Shown: positions 12,627 to 26,118, counted from the first letter of the stretch. The stretch is DNA of 64,000 nt from Klebsormidium nitens (GCA_000708835.1 DF237231.1:49346-113345); one strand, 5' to 3'. Translations and numbers: made by a program. The notes: generated by a model not told the origin, from the letters alone.

Positions 12627-13269
12627 TGAACCCTAAATTGGCCTCCGAAGTGACAAGATGATCTAGCTGTTTGTGCTGTTGGACTATATGAGGGTTTTTA
12701 GCTTGCAGTGCCGCATCAAAGCTTTTGACAGGGCAGAGCGTCCAGCAACCTGCGTCCAATTCCTGCTTGCGTCTTGAAGTTCAGCTGAAAAATGGAACTT
12801 GAGCTTAGAACTGAAGATCTGCTGTTCAGACCTGTTCTGCATGCTTCACACTGGAGAGCGCGAGGCGCCGGCGGCCGCGCTCTTGTGGGCCGCGGCCGCG
12901 AGCGAGGAGGCGGCACGGGGGCAAGGCCGGCAAAGAAGACGGCACCTTCGCCGTGATATTTGACTCATTCTGTGCGTTCAAGGGCGTTAACGGCACGCTA
13001 ACGGTTCTCAGAAGTCGACAGATCTTCCAGAGTTGCCCCGCTGGTCTGGCAGTGGAGGATGATCCAGTCGACGTCGTCATGCTGGCATTCAATGGCTACC
13101 GCCCCTGTGTGCAGCAGCCAGAGAGACTCCTTAGAAGCATTTTAGATCGACGCTCTTCCTCTGCAGAGACATCTCTTGGGTGGCACAAACCTCGTCACCA
13201 GCCTTACGATGCCCTACCGCCAGCTCTAGTTCGCCCATCGCCGGGGTGGCGCGGCGGTGGCTCGTCAGA

Positions 13270-16200
13270 ATGGCGCACGCCTTCTCCGGCGCCAAGGCCG
13301 CGGCCTCCCTCCCCCCCCTGCCCGCTGATTCCTCCGCTCTCTCTGCCGCTTTCAACCCCCAGAATGTGACCCGACAGGCGTGGGGGGGTGCAGCGAAAAA
13401 TGCTGCGTCGGGGGGGTCCTATGCCCAGGCAGCGAGGCAGAGCCCCATGCGGGGGGCTCTGTTGGCACAGGGTGAGAGCCAGCTGGAAAAGAAAGGAAGT
13501 ACGGGGGTGGTGGGGTCGCAGACAACTAGATTGGGCGGGCAAAGGCCACCGTCAATGACGTACGCGCCCGCAATGCAGAGCAGACTCGGGGCTCGGACGG
13601 GGGCGGACATCAGGTTTGGGAGCTTTGTGTCGGCCTGCGGCGCTGAAAGGGCGTTTCTAGGTAACGGTCTCGCGGCGGCATGCATGAGCGGTCAGTCCGG
13701 GGCGGCCCAGAATAAGGGGCTTGCGAAAGGGGCACCCGGGGCGTCGCGGAAACATTCCGCAAGCGGGCGCTCGATGGTGACTTGCAAGGCTGTGCACCGG
13801 GGGTTTGGGAAACCGGCGAACGGTGTGGGGGGTGCAATCACCCCCCGCCGGCAGCGGGGGGCCGCTCACGGCAGCCCCCTGAAAGTGGCGGCCTTGCAAA
13901 GTAGAAACCCAAGCAGTAAGCCGTTGAACTTGGAAGACGTCTCAGCGTTTCCGAAGCTCACGCCGCCCCCTGTTCTGAGACGAGCGGTCGCCGTTCGGGC
14001 TGTGAAGGGCAAAAAGGGGGGCGCCGGCAAGGGGGAGGAAGAAAGCGGGCCGCTGAAAAGGGGGGTCATGGTGGAGTTTGAGCGCGAAGGGGGGGGCGGA
14101 AATAAGGTGTATCATGTGGGGGTGCTGCAGCGGCCGGACGGGAAGAAGAATTGGATGGTGACGGATCAGTTGGGAAACAACCACAGCATACGCCCGCAGC
14201 AGATTACGTTCTTGGTGCCCCCAAAGAAGAACCAGGTGAGCGGGAGGGTTTTCGCGGCACCTCGCAATGAGATTCTGATGAACAAAAGCTGTATTGTATC
14301 GGAGACAGTCTAAATTGGTCCAGGAACGCAGGTTCCTGCATTGGAAGGGGCAATCTGTTGCACCAGGAGACGACAGCGCATGTTTCTATTGCATTGTCAC
14401 CATGCGCGTAGCCAAGTCTTTCTCGAAAAAGACCGAAAGAGGGTCATTGGCGCCTGCTTAGCGAGTCAGGGCTGTAAAGCAGACGGTTGATTGTTTAGCT
14501 TGAGCCGTATCGAAGGTATCGCTTCGCTCTTCACATGGTTCCGAAAGGTGTCAGCAGACCACCATCTCTTGCACACTTGGCAACTTCGAAGAAGCTTCCC
14601 GCATGAACCTGGACGAACTCCATTTTGAGAAATTTTCCGAATCGTTTCACTTCCCCAGGATCCTTACTCGGCAGCCGACATCCAGCCGCTCATTGAGCAA
14701 GCAGACCAAACGGCGGCCGACAGCGACTTGTTGGAACTCGCTTGGGAGTCCCTGATTGCGGAGCCGGGGACATCACTTGACGCGCACGGCATGGCGGAAC
14801 TGCTCTTCACGGGGACTTCTTCTGTCGAGTGCCTCTCGGCCCACCGGCTGTTGTCCGCGGACCGGTGAGGACCTCGTATTCGGACGCAGGGAGAATTGAA
14901 ATGGGAAGGACGCGTGCAATTTGGCTCTTACGCCGGTCTTCTGGTTGATGTTGAAGAAGAAGTGTTTGGGTTACAGGTATTCTGATGAGCCAAGTGCTTG
15001 GTTGTTCTGCCAGCTGCCGTATTAATGAGCTGCTTATTGCGAGCGGCGGTCAGCAGCTCACTTTAGGATGTCCGGGTGTTCACCAGAGGGAATTTTGACC
15101 AGAAATCGTCTGCAGTAGCCAACTTGAAGATGGCGGACAGTTTTTCTGTAACGAGATTGTTGTCGGAAGCAAGGAGCTTGGACGTTTCGTCAGCTGGCCG
15201 TTTGGACCAATTTCTACGCTTTCACGAATTGGTGATGGTCGGAGACCTGCATGTCGACGGAGTACACTAGTTTGTAGAAGAACGAGGTGCCTCGTTTGCT
15301 TTTTGGACGGGTCAACACCTCCGGAAAAGCTCAAATACCTTTCGACGAACCTCAGCCGTTGTCAAATCTTCCGCCCACTGAGCTCAACAAACGACTCCGC
15401 TAGCCTTTTTGAATACTGCTTGGGGGCGACGCAGCACAGTAAGATTTACAAAGCTCTTGACGGCACAGACTTCATCCCAACTGTCGAAAGAGGCGACAGC
15501 CATCAGCAGAGCGTTTCTAACCTCGTAGGCCGCCTTCCAAATCGGCTGCCGGCCTGATGAGTATCGCAGATGTTCCAACAACCAACTGACGCTTTCACAA
15601 TCATCCCCCTCAACGAAGGACGAGCGAACCATATATCAGCATCTCTTAGATTCTCTACCCCCTCTAAGCCAGCACAGAGCATGTCGGGCTTTCGCATACT
15701 CCCTTTCACCTGTATGCCAAGGTACAGATGGGAACCCCCCCTTTTGATGTGCAGGACGTTCTTCAAGCCCACGAAGCGCAAGTCCGCCGATGACCTCTGG
15801 GTGCTCCACTACGAGCCCCGTGCCGCGACCGTTGTCGAGGACATCAAACGGCAGATGCGCCAGGAGGAGGAGCGGAAGGCTCTTGTTTCTGATTTCGCAC
15901 GCTTCGCGGTCGCGGCGGCGGGGGCGCCGCGCGGGGAGAAACCCGCCCCCCTGGAGTGGGAGCAGAACGAGAGCTTCGCGATGCGCACGGCGGCGCTGAG
16001 GCGGTTCGCGATGGACGATCTGGAGGACGATTCGGACCGGAGGATCGCGTCCGAGGTTCTGGACGCGATGGGCTGTCCGAAGAACCCGGCGGTGGTGTTC
16101 GAGCTGCTGGTGAAGATGGGCGTGCTCCAGGCGCACTCGAGCCTCGAGCTGATGACGGGCGCGATCCGGAGCGCGTTCCCGGACGAAGTCCAGGCGGTGA

Positions 16201-19200
16201 GAATGCGCTCAGCCTTTTTTATGAAAAGATTCCGAGCCTTGAGCTGATGACGGGCGCGATCTGAAGTCCGTTTTCGGTCAGAGTCTGGCGATGAGAATGG
16301 GCTCCGCCATTCCAGAGAGCGTTTCGAGTCTTGAGCTATGGAAGGACGCGATCCGGAGCGCGTTTGCGGACAAGGCGCTCTGCTTTTTCTCAAAAGCTTG
16401 AGGAGAGTGTTGTTTTGTTAGAGGGGCGGCGCATTCTAGTCTCAAGGGGAAGGTCCTCGTGGGGAGGGTTCAGTACGAGGGGACTCCACGTTCGCAGTAG
16501 CAGACGGAGCTTGCTTTGGTGGGAGTCTGATCAGGCATTCAAAGCGGGTGCAATAGTGAGTTCTGAAAGGTGGTAGGCTTTTTCATACAACTCGTGTGGA
16601 GGCATTTGAGGCGTGTGCAATAGCGATTTTCTGAAAGGTGGTAGCCTCGTCACGCAACTCGTGTGTACATAGAGGTGCGGCCGTTCTTAAAAAAGGTGGA
16701 TCCCCGGTCGAGACGAAGAAAGGCGCCCCTTGAAGTTTAGTTGCATAAACTCACAGTCACTCGTCCGCTCGGAAGGTGCTTGCAGCGGCCAACGGGTTTC
16801 ACGGCTCTCTTTTTCACCTTTAGCGTTTACTTCAACGCCTTTCAGAAAAGTCGAATGGGCGAACAACCGCTGCGTTTTTTGCACCCTATCGCCCAGCCTT
16901 TTCGAGATTGCGAAACCGTGATGCCCTTTGAAAAACACCGGAAGGACTCTGCGTTCCATAGATCACCCGCTCAGACCGTTTCCTCACCCATATTTACGTT
17001 GTCCAAACAGGAAGCCGATCGGCGTGCCGAAACCCCGCCACCGGACCCACTTTCGGACGTCCGCGTCGACTTGCGGCATCTCAAAGTGTACATGATCGAT
17101 TCGGACGACACATTAGAAGTCGACGACGGGGTGTCCGTCGAACGGTTACCGGACGGCCGGAAACGGTTATGGGTCCACGTGGCAGACCCCACCCGGTGGA
17201 CATCCCCGGGGGACGTGTTAGATTACGAAGCTAGACTGAGGGCGACATCGGCGTATCTACCGACCGGCGCGGTGCCGATGTTTCCAATGGCGCTCGCGGG
17301 GGGAGGGATGAGTTTGTTACAGGGGCAGGAGTGCACGGCGATGAGCGTGGGGGTGGTGTTGCGGGATGACGGCAGGTGAGGCGGGACAGTAGAGTTGTTC
17401 TTGCACTCTTACAACTGGGAAGTCGGGAACATCATTCCAAAAGGTAGTCAAGGACCCGAATGTCGACTCGGTATCAACGTCCGCTTTGGTGATGTGACAG
17501 CGCTGGCTAGATTCCGAAGTGATCAACGGGCTTGTAAGCAAAATAACGAGCTCTCGAAACTAGCCGTTAACAAAGCACAATACGGTTTGCGTTAAACTCC
17601 GCAGCATAGCGAGACGACGCTGGTGACGTCGCGCGTGGGGCCGATGTACCGGCTACAGCATTAAAAAATGTCAGAAGAAACGCATATTTGAGAATGGTTG
17701 ATTTGTCATTCTTGCAGGGTCGATTGATTGAACTTTCCCTCTTTATATTCGCAGCATCGGCGAGACGACGCTGGTGGCGTCGCGTGTGGCCCCGACGTAC
17801 CGGCTGAGCTACGAGGAGGTGGACGAGCTGCTGAACCTGGGCCTGGATGAGGAGCCCGAGCTGCGGACGCTCCTCGAGGAGGCGCACCGCCGCCACGAGT
17901 ACCGCTACGAACAGGTGCGCGGACGTTCGAACTGGGTTGGCTTTGGTCTCAAGTGCAGAGTGGTTTTCGCCAGCAATTCTGGGCTGTTGGGTTTGGGTTG
18001 ACTGGTGAGGTCACAAAATAGGTTACTGCTTTGAATAGGTGAGCAGGCGCCTGAAAGATAGAGGTTTCCTTTGAGGGGTTGTGGTGGAGTTTGTCGTGGT
18101 AGGTCTCCTTTCAGGAAGTTAGATCAGTCTGAGTCCCTGCGTATCAAAATTTGCTGCAACGGGTACAGCTACGAGGAATGCGGAAGTTCGAGCATGGGCT
18201 TGCAACCTGCGTGCAGGGATTATTGTAACTCTTGAAAGGTGCAGTCTCCGGGCAAAGTTTTATTCTCTCCTGGTTTCGTACTTCCAGCGGAGCCCGTCAG
18301 AGCAGGAGGCCCAAAAGAGCCGCTATCAGCAGTTGCTCTTTATCGCGGGTTTTTCCATAACTTGGCGAGGCCAGCTACATCATTTTGCCGTTTTTCTGTG
18401 TTGTTCTTATGCCTCCGTCATCGTCCTCTGTTTCTGCCGTTCACCGCCCCCAAGTAAGCTATCCATCCCGCCTTTTGATTGCCATCTCAAACCTCCGCTT
18501 AAGCGGGCGTACGTATCTTCCGTGCAGCACGCGATCGAGATCAAGATGCCGGACTACGACATCCGGGCGTTCGACCTCGATGCGGAACCCCCTCGCGTGA
18601 CGATCAAGTTGATCAACGAGCGCGCGCCGTCGCGGCGGCTGGTCGAAGAAATGATGATCATGGCGGGCGAGGCGGTGGCGCTCTGGGGGGGGGAGCACGG
18701 GGTGGCACTGCCGTACAGGGGGCAGGTGAGTTCTGAGGAGCACTCTCTTCGTGTGTCAAATCTGGTTCTTTTACTAAATTAGCCACTTTCTTGGACAGTT
18801 TGCAAGTGGTTTGGACCGAAACCGGCCGCTGCTTTACCAGGCGCATGCGAGACATTGGACCAAGGAATGGTTGATTGTCAAGGTTTGCCCTCGAGACATA
18901 TGTATGAGGTGTAACCCAACCGTTGGACCTGAGCCTCAAAAGCCTGCGGGAGAAGCCGGACCTGCCCTTCGACCACGGGCTGGTCCAGAATGTTGCGTCA
19001 GTGCAATGCTGGAACTCTCTGTCTCCAATTGTCTTGAAGATTCTTGATTCCATCTCAGGCACCCCCAGGTGTAGAGAACGTTATGTTTTCTAACTTTCAA
19101 TCCTAAACCCGCACTAAACGTCAAACCCTAAACACGCAGGAGGAGCCGGACCAGCTTTTCGACCACTTGCTGGACCATTTCTCCGTTGTCCCGCAACTTT

Positions 19201-21725
19201 GAATCTCCTGTTCCTTTTTCTTCTTGGAGCTCCAAAGTCCAAGGTTATAAACCTTCAACTCAAGCTCCTGATTCTTTTCTCAACCTTTTTATTTTAAACC
19301 CGCAGGAGGAGCCGGACCTGCCGTCCGACCACGTGCTGGACCAGGTTCCCGTCGGGTACTGCCAGTCGGTGATCATCCGGCGGTGCATGACGCGCAGCCA
19401 GATTAACTGCCGGGGGCCCATCCAGCACTCTAGCCTGGGCCTCCACGCGTACGTGCAGTTCAGTTCGCCCATCCGGCGGTACGCTGATCTGCTAGCGCAT
19501 TACCAGGTGAGTAATCCCGGGTTGTGCTTACGGTTCGATTCTGGGGCCCTGGACACTGCTTTTCGAATTTCAGTAAGCTTTGATTGGCTGCTTGTAGTTT
19601 GGGACGTTGGTTAAGGTGGTTTGAGTGGTCCGTCAGTGTGCTTGGCTGGTTGGTGGCTTTGTCGGTTGGTTGGTCGGTTGACATGGCGGCATTGGTGGAC
19701 GTAACGGCTGAGAGTTTTGGTTGGTACCGTTGATCGACTTGTCTGGTTGCTCAATCTCATGGTTCCGTTGCCGGCGCTTCACGAAGAAGGTCGAAATCTG
19801 TCCTTATCACCGGTATTTATCCGGCAAAGCTGTCTGCGGAGCCCTTTGAGCTTCTTGAAAGTGGGCAAGTTCGATTTGCATTCCCTCTCGCCAGGTCAAG
19901 TTCGTGCCGTGCCCCCTTGTGTTCAGTGCCGATGAGCTGCCAGATATTGCGAGAAGGGTATGAAACGAGTTCCGTCTTTGTTGTCGATTCGAGACATCCT
20001 CCTAAACGATCTCCGACTATTTATGATGGAGGCTTTGAAACGAGAGTTACCCCTTCGTTGTAGCGCAAGTTAGCAATTGTCAAAACCAATCGATCGGGAA
20101 AAGAAGCAATTTACCTGAAGACAAGGGACTTATCCAGGTTGACGACGCACGCGTAACCCCCTGTACCAGATCGAGCGGGCTGCACAGCGGGCCGCCCTCC
20201 TTTCAGCGACGACCAGCTGTCGGGCATACTGCTATTTGCGTCGAATCTGGCACCCGAGCTTGGATTGAAACGCGCGGTTCTTGCACGAGTTGCAGTGTCG
20301 ATTCTTGCTGTTCCCCCCCGGAATGACTCTGGATATCAAACATAACATAATGATTACCAGGGACTGCGGTCGGCCAAACTACATGTATTTTTTTCAGGGG
20401 GCATGTCTATCAAGGATCGAAAACCGACTTCACGACTCGAGATCGAGGACCGCCCGTTTCGATCCGGTTTGACGCAAACAGCAGTAATATCTTCAAGGAA
20501 GCAAATCATTCTCTAAAATCAATCGGCTGGAAGTTTTAGGTACCCAAAAGCTAACTGTGCATCAATCACCTCTGTCCAGATCAAGGCCGTATTACGGGGA
20601 GGGCCGCCCCCGTTCAGCGCGGACGAGCTGTCGGGCATGATGAGCGGCGTGGAGGCGCAGATGCGCGAGGTGAAGCGGCTGACGCGGCTGAGCGAGCGGT
20701 ACTGGACGCTCGAGTTCTTCCGGCAGCAGCCCAAGGCCGCCACGTGGCGCGCGCTCCTGCTCAAGTGGCTCAAGGAGGACGACCTGGTCGCGCTCATCCT
20801 CATCTACGACGTGAGAACCCGGGGACTCCGCTTTTGTTTCCTACGCCGTTTCTTTTAATGTCGCCTTTTGCGAAAGCAAGCATAACCACATCAAACATGG
20901 CCGATTGCGAAGACGCCCTGTGGGGGAGCGGGTGTAGAAAGGAAGACGTTTTATGTTCGAAACTTTCTGAGAAAATAGGCGTTGGACATTGAGGCAGCCA
21001 GAGACTGTTCGTGCTGAGACAAGTGAAAACGATCGGGGTCTGCTTTTTGGCCAATGACGGAACGTGCTTCAGCCAAACTCCACAACCTGCTTCTGGCGCC
21101 CGCCCTTCCCTCCCACAGCTACTCGTTCCGTTGGACGGAAAGTGGGCTCAAATCTGTTACCGTCAAGTTGCGGCCCGGCGCATATCTGATGCCGTTTAGT
21201 CACGGCCCGGCGCCTCTCAGCCTCTCTCTTAAGATTCGCTTGCACTAGTCTCCGTTGCTGACGTCACCCTCTCTGTCCCCCCAGCTAGGCCTGGAGCTCC
21301 CGGTGCGGCTGCAACGGTCGGTGCGCGTGGGGTCGGACATCCAGGTGCGCGTCCTCCGGGTGAACGTCCGTCAGGACGTCCTAGAGTTAGTAGAAACGTA
21401 CCAGCCGCAGAACGGAAGTTCGGACCCGTCCTCGTCGGGCTTGCCGCTCGGGGATGCGGAGCTCGCGGCCGCGGAGACGTCGCTCTCGGACGCGCTTTCG
21501 GACGCGAGCTTCGACGAAGAGGTTAGAAACATAGTGGGTGGCGATGAGGCCGGTACGTCGGAAAACGGAGAAAGTCACGGAAGCCTCGAGGGGGATGAAA
21601 GTGCGGAACTTGCATATGGTGCGAGGAACGGACATCCTCGGAACGGGGTGTCTGAGTTGGAAAATGGTTTAGGTGCAGAGGAGCGGAAGTCAGACCGCAT
21701 TCTTGTGAGAGAAGCCGGCAGCTGA
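13270..21725 (+). CDS. RNR1: Organellar exoribonuclease II / RNase R family (RNB domain), ~1,069 aa, 9 exons
   Basis: Exons 13270-14235, 14659-14864, 15755-16196, 17011-17375, 17755-17914, 18528-18725, 19306-19506, 20580-20810, 21285-21725 are all in phase. RNB motifs: YMIDSDDTLEVDDGVS, WVHVADPT, TSAYLP, SRRLVEEMMIMAGEA, HSSLGLHAYVQFSSPIRRYADLLAHYQ. The Ala/Ser/Arg-rich N-terminus resembles a transit peptide. The start is uncertain because the frame is open from 13180. Confidence 0.9.
16232..16389 (+). repeat. Two decayed intronic copies of the 3' end of RNR1 exon 3
   Basis: Exon: GAGCCTCGAGCTGATGACGGGCGCGATCCGGAGCGCGTTCCCGGAC. Copies: GAGCCTTGAGCTGATGACGGGCGCGATC (~16234) and GAGTCTTGAGCTATGGAAGGACGCGATCCGGAGCGCGTTTGCGGAC (~16326). 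Confidence 0.85.
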
Positions 21726-22915
21726 GCATCTTCATGGACGCTCGCTTAAGCTCTTTATAAGCTCGCGAATATAGCGGTTGCACAAGGCAACCTCATCTGG
21801 GCGCTCACATCATCGTGTGACGCCATCTTCAAAAGACGTACGAGTGTTGTAGGCCATCATTTGAGTGCTATGTCCTGCTGGTCTGTATGTCTAGCTGGTT
21901 CTGGTGGTCCTCGGATTATTGTGCCGGCAGAATGAAAATCGGTGTGATGTCACATGTACATTTTCTTTTCGGACCTGTACGAGGTGCTGGTCCGTCGGGC
22001 TCTGTGTCTGCTTGAAAGGGCTGCCATTCTCATATGCAGTGCATTTTCCTGAGACATTTGCGATACATGTCGAATAACATAAGTGAATACTAAGGCGACG
22101 GTCGAACAGTGCAGAGCCAATTGCCTGCGAATAGCTCCGCCTGTCGCTGCTAGCTAAGTAGTCTCACATGCATATACTAGGATATCATAAGTAGATCAAG
22201 AGACTCATATGGGCCTGCAAGGCATCGTAGCATATCCGGCCCGTGTGCAAGAAAGTAAATATCGTGTAAGATCAGCAATTGAGAGCCGATCACGTACGTT
22301 TTTATCAAGTTGTGTGCAGAATGAATCAAATTGCATGCATGGGCTGACTGACGCGAACTGAACGACATCCCTCCATGGTTGAGTCCACATGCAGCGAGCT
22401 ATAAATGATCGACGATGCCTCGATTGCCCATGCATGCGTATGCGGCTTATTCTCGTCGACTTCAGATTGAATGTAAGCTTTGAATCCATCCAGAATCTAC
22501 CTGCTCGTCATCTCTTCTTTTCAAGTTCAGGTTATTAAACACAAACTGAACGAAGCATTCATTGGTCTCCAGATTAGACACGAGTAGATGAAAACCAACA
22601 AAACCTTGAGGGTTGAGAATCACGCTTGTTGCCACCCATGAAGATAAGGACTGCAGCCCTCTCGAACAAAAATTTTCGTCATGCTGTGGACTAAGATTGA
22701 AGAAGCGGCTCAATATTCCATTTGCGCTCTTACAAGAAAGTCAATTTCGACAAAGAATGCCCCATTCCCTTTCACAAGTCCAACTTCAATATTCCTTTTA
22801 CGTCGTTTCTGCAGACACCATATATCTAGCTTGCTGATAGTTGTTTCATCCTTTGATCTAGCAGGTTGTTTGTACATAGTCCTCCAGATATCGTTTCTCG
22901 CAAGAACTATATCTT

Positions 22916-24173
22916 TTACGGCTCAACAACAAGGCACGGCTTCTTCACTGACTCGTCTCCTACAGCCTGTGCCTTTCTCTTGCCACCGATGGTCTCGAGC
23001 TTCTTTGTTGCTTGCCTCGTCTGGACTGGTTCTAGGACCGCAGCTTTCGGAGCTGGAGCTACTGCGATCACTGGCTCGGTCTGATCACCACGATCAGCGA
23101 CCTGCTTCTCCTGGGGCTTGGCTTCGGCTTTGCTGTCCTCTCCTGGCTGCTGTGTCAGAGTCGCTTCACCGTCCTCTTGTGTATGCACCTGCATTGAATA
23201 AAGACAGATTGCACATGCAGCCACGACAAACATGGTTCAAGGATGCTGTCTTTTCGCACAGATTCTGCCGGATATATCAGAATTTGAAAGATGCTGTCGG
23301 CTGGGAAGCGCTTCGCGAGGCAGTCTTCTGATCATCACAAACAGATGCAAAGGTAGACGAGCATCTTTTCAAATGTCCAGAAGCTGGTCTGAGATAGCTA
23401 CTCTGATTTGGAAAGGGCGTTCGATACCAAGGTACCACAGCTTATGCACAACTGCTTACATGAAGTGGAAACAGGATCAGTAGAGTAAACTCATTGAAAC
23501 AGAGAAATTAAGAAGATCAACTGATGAAAACATCTAGAGAGCCTGAAACACTCACCGCATGCTGCAAGTCTGCTGGCTGCTGTGTCAAATCTACATCCGC
23601 GTGCTCCGATGCCATCTGCAACACATTGATGCCGTGTAAAATTGATTTCCAGAGAATATTTGGTTGGCAACGTCGACTTATTGTCCTCCAGCTGAAAATT
23701 CTGTGAAGTCGAAAATAACTTTGTAATGATTCTAAATGATAACCATTCTCGTCATTTTCATCGTTCCTGGGAAACCTATAAGTCATCGAACAAGAATGAA
23801 AGTATGAGAAGTCCATTCTGCTTGAGTTGAGCAGTCGTGTCATTAATCCCAACAGCCAAGCTGCACTTGTGAATACAACAAGTGTAGCAGATTAGGAGAG
23901 CAAAAAGTAAGAACTTGAAATGAGTTCATGTATGTTCACGTTTCAATGTACTCTTGCGTCTGAATTCACCAGGAAGCTCACCAGATGGTTCACATCAGCA
24001 TCTTCTGAATGGGAGTCCAGCTTCAGATCTGCAGTCTTGTCTTCCTTCTTCTCTTCGGTCGTGTTTTGAACGCTGGTTGAAAGATCGTTTACTCTCTCCT
24101 TGTTGAGATCCTCAGGCTCAGATCCAGACTGCTGGTTGGATGAAGCAACGATGTCAGCTTTCTCGGTGGCCAT
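22916..24173 (-). CDS. Small acidic, hydrophilic, probably disordered protein of unknown function (~175 aa, 3 exons)
   Basis: Exons 24173-23982 (MATEKADIV...), 23615-23556 and 23188-22916, with canonical GTGAGC/GTGAGT donors and CAG acceptors, all phase 0. Rich in E/D/K/Q/S/T. No recognised domain. Confidence 0.45.
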
Positions 24174-24823
24174 CTTCAATACAGGAGGTGCTTCGAAGGT
24201 GAGAGAAAGGTAGTCGGCTGAAAGGAACTGGAGAGCTAATACTGAAAGATGTGAAAAATGTGGTGAAATGAGGATTGTGGAAGTAATTCAAGGATAAAAT
24301 AGGTTTCAAGAAGTCAAACTGAGCCTGTGTCTGCCTCGGACCAGAATTCGACTGAGAAACGAAGACTGAATCTGAGCTCGAAAGCAACTGCATATCTTAG
24401 AAGCCTCGTAAAGATTCGAACGGGCTGGCGCAAATATTTCCCGCCATTGCTGCCAGGTAAGATGTTTGCAGCACTCCTCTTCGGTTCAAATATCTAATAG
24501 GCCTCGGTCGTTGGCCCAGCGGATATCTGAATCTCAAGATGAGCACTCCAGAATGCAAGAGGAATTTGGAAGGTTGCGCTCTGCGTTTCAGAAAACGACA
24601 AGACGCCGTACGCAAAACGACAACGCATCCCGCAATTTCAGGGACCTTCGAAAGAGAATGCATGTCGCAAGCAGGTCGCAAGCATCACTTCAAGGAACAC
24701 GTGAGCCCTGTGTGAGTGTGGCAACTGTGACTCGTAGTACGACTGTACTCCGACTTCTTCGTCACTGCAGTTGTGAACATGTATTTTCAACCCGTCTTCG
24801 CATGGCAGCGTGACAAGGGCGCT

Positions 24824-24937
24824 GAACACGTGGCACTTGATGTCAGGGCAAAACTTCTGTAGAGCAGCTCGCGGACGTGCGCACGCGCACAACCTCACTG
24901 ATTTGAAATCCTCTCTGATCGAACACGTGGCACTTGA
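24824..24937. promoter_or_regulatory. Two exact 17-bp direct repeats GAACACGTGGCACTTGA, each with an ABRE/G-box core (CACGTGGC)
   Basis: Copies at 24824-24840 and 24921-24937, about 650-760 bp upstream of the ATG at 24173 (minus strand). Confidence 0.5.
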
Positions 24938-24960
24938 AGTCATGGCCGGTAAAAGTGGTA

Positions 24961-25151
24961 CTGGTAACTCAGGAGTGACTTAACAGGTGAGTGACTTAAA
25001 ATTCACGAATCCCGACCAAACAAACTAAAAGCCTAACCCAAAGAATCACCCGCTCCGCACCCGAACCCACCCTAACCACCATGCCAACCCCACCCGTCCC
25101 CCGGGCGCCTATCTTAAGTCACTCGCCTGTTAAGCCACTCTTTGGTTTCCA
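24961..25151. mobile_element. MITE-like element (~190 bp) with ~40-bp imperfect terminal inverted repeats
   Basis: Left end CTGGTAACTCAGGAGTGACTTAACAGGTGAGTGACTTAA; reverse complement of right end CTGGAAACCAAAGAGTGGCTTAACAGGCGAGTGACTTAA. No coding capacity and no clear TSD. Confidence 0.6.
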
Positions 25152-26118
25152 GAGTGTAAAAATTATGTGGAGCAGCTACCGTCATCGATTTCGGAATCCT
25201 TTCTGGCCGGATGCAGCTGCGGCTGCGAAAGGCTCTCCTTGCATCATGATGTTGACTAGGATTTTTGAAATGATGAGCCTTGAATTTTTCCAGACTCTTT
25301 ACCTACAAAGCTTTCAAAGCGGCGAGCATGAGCAAAGGCGCTTCACGCTCTCAATTTGAAACGAAGGTGCAAGTTCGAGAAGGTGTCGAAATCCAATGTA
25401 TGAGTCGGGTCTCTAGAATCTCGTAACACGGCATCTGCGTTCCAATCGACCGTGCTTCGACCTCCCTGCCGGCGAGCAGAGCCGCTGATCGTCTCCGAAG
25501 CCAACTGAATCAAGTTCATTTGCACTAGCTTTGCAACGTATTTTCGTAGCGGTCTCCTCCGTTATTGGTATCAAAAGGTCGATGCAGAGCAGCAAGTATC
25601 TTATGGGATGCCACAATAGCCTTCATCCGTTTGACTCGTCATCCGAAAGGAGGAAGCCACGGCAAGCCAACATTATTCTGACTTACGATGTCCTTGTTGG
25701 CATGAATTTATCAATCTCTTGGTGCAGGCGTAAACTAGACGAAGGTGTGGTAGAACAATTCAGCAGCAGTGCACCTATGTACTTGAGTAATATGGTAACA
25801 TACTGCGCGTTTTCAACAGCTTTTTCAAAGAGGTCTGAAATCTTGATCGCTTGCAAAGCCAGGACTGGAAGTCAAAACAACAATCTATCTGGCACGCGGA
25901 GTATGTCGCTTGCAGGATAGCTGCAGCATGAGAAATCACGCTCTTAAGTCATGCGGCCTAACAAGATTTGTGTCGAGCTAATCATCTGAAAAGCTGAACC
26001 TAGAAGTTGGACCAAAACCGGGCCATGGCCTATGGACGTTTCACCAGTGCTAATCCAAGGCCACACGTGTTGAGAATACCGACAACTGGTTTTCGACGAA
26101 TCCTCAGCAGATGTCAAA

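Noticed and set aside
22681-23331. 216-aa plus-strand ORF
   Set aside because: It is antisense to the spliced acidic-protein exons and has no splice or domain support.
24400-24813. Plus-strand ORF with coiled-coil-like stretch and a possible 44-nt intron
   Set aside because: No start or upstream exon is compatible with the adjacent minus-strand gene. Left unresolved.
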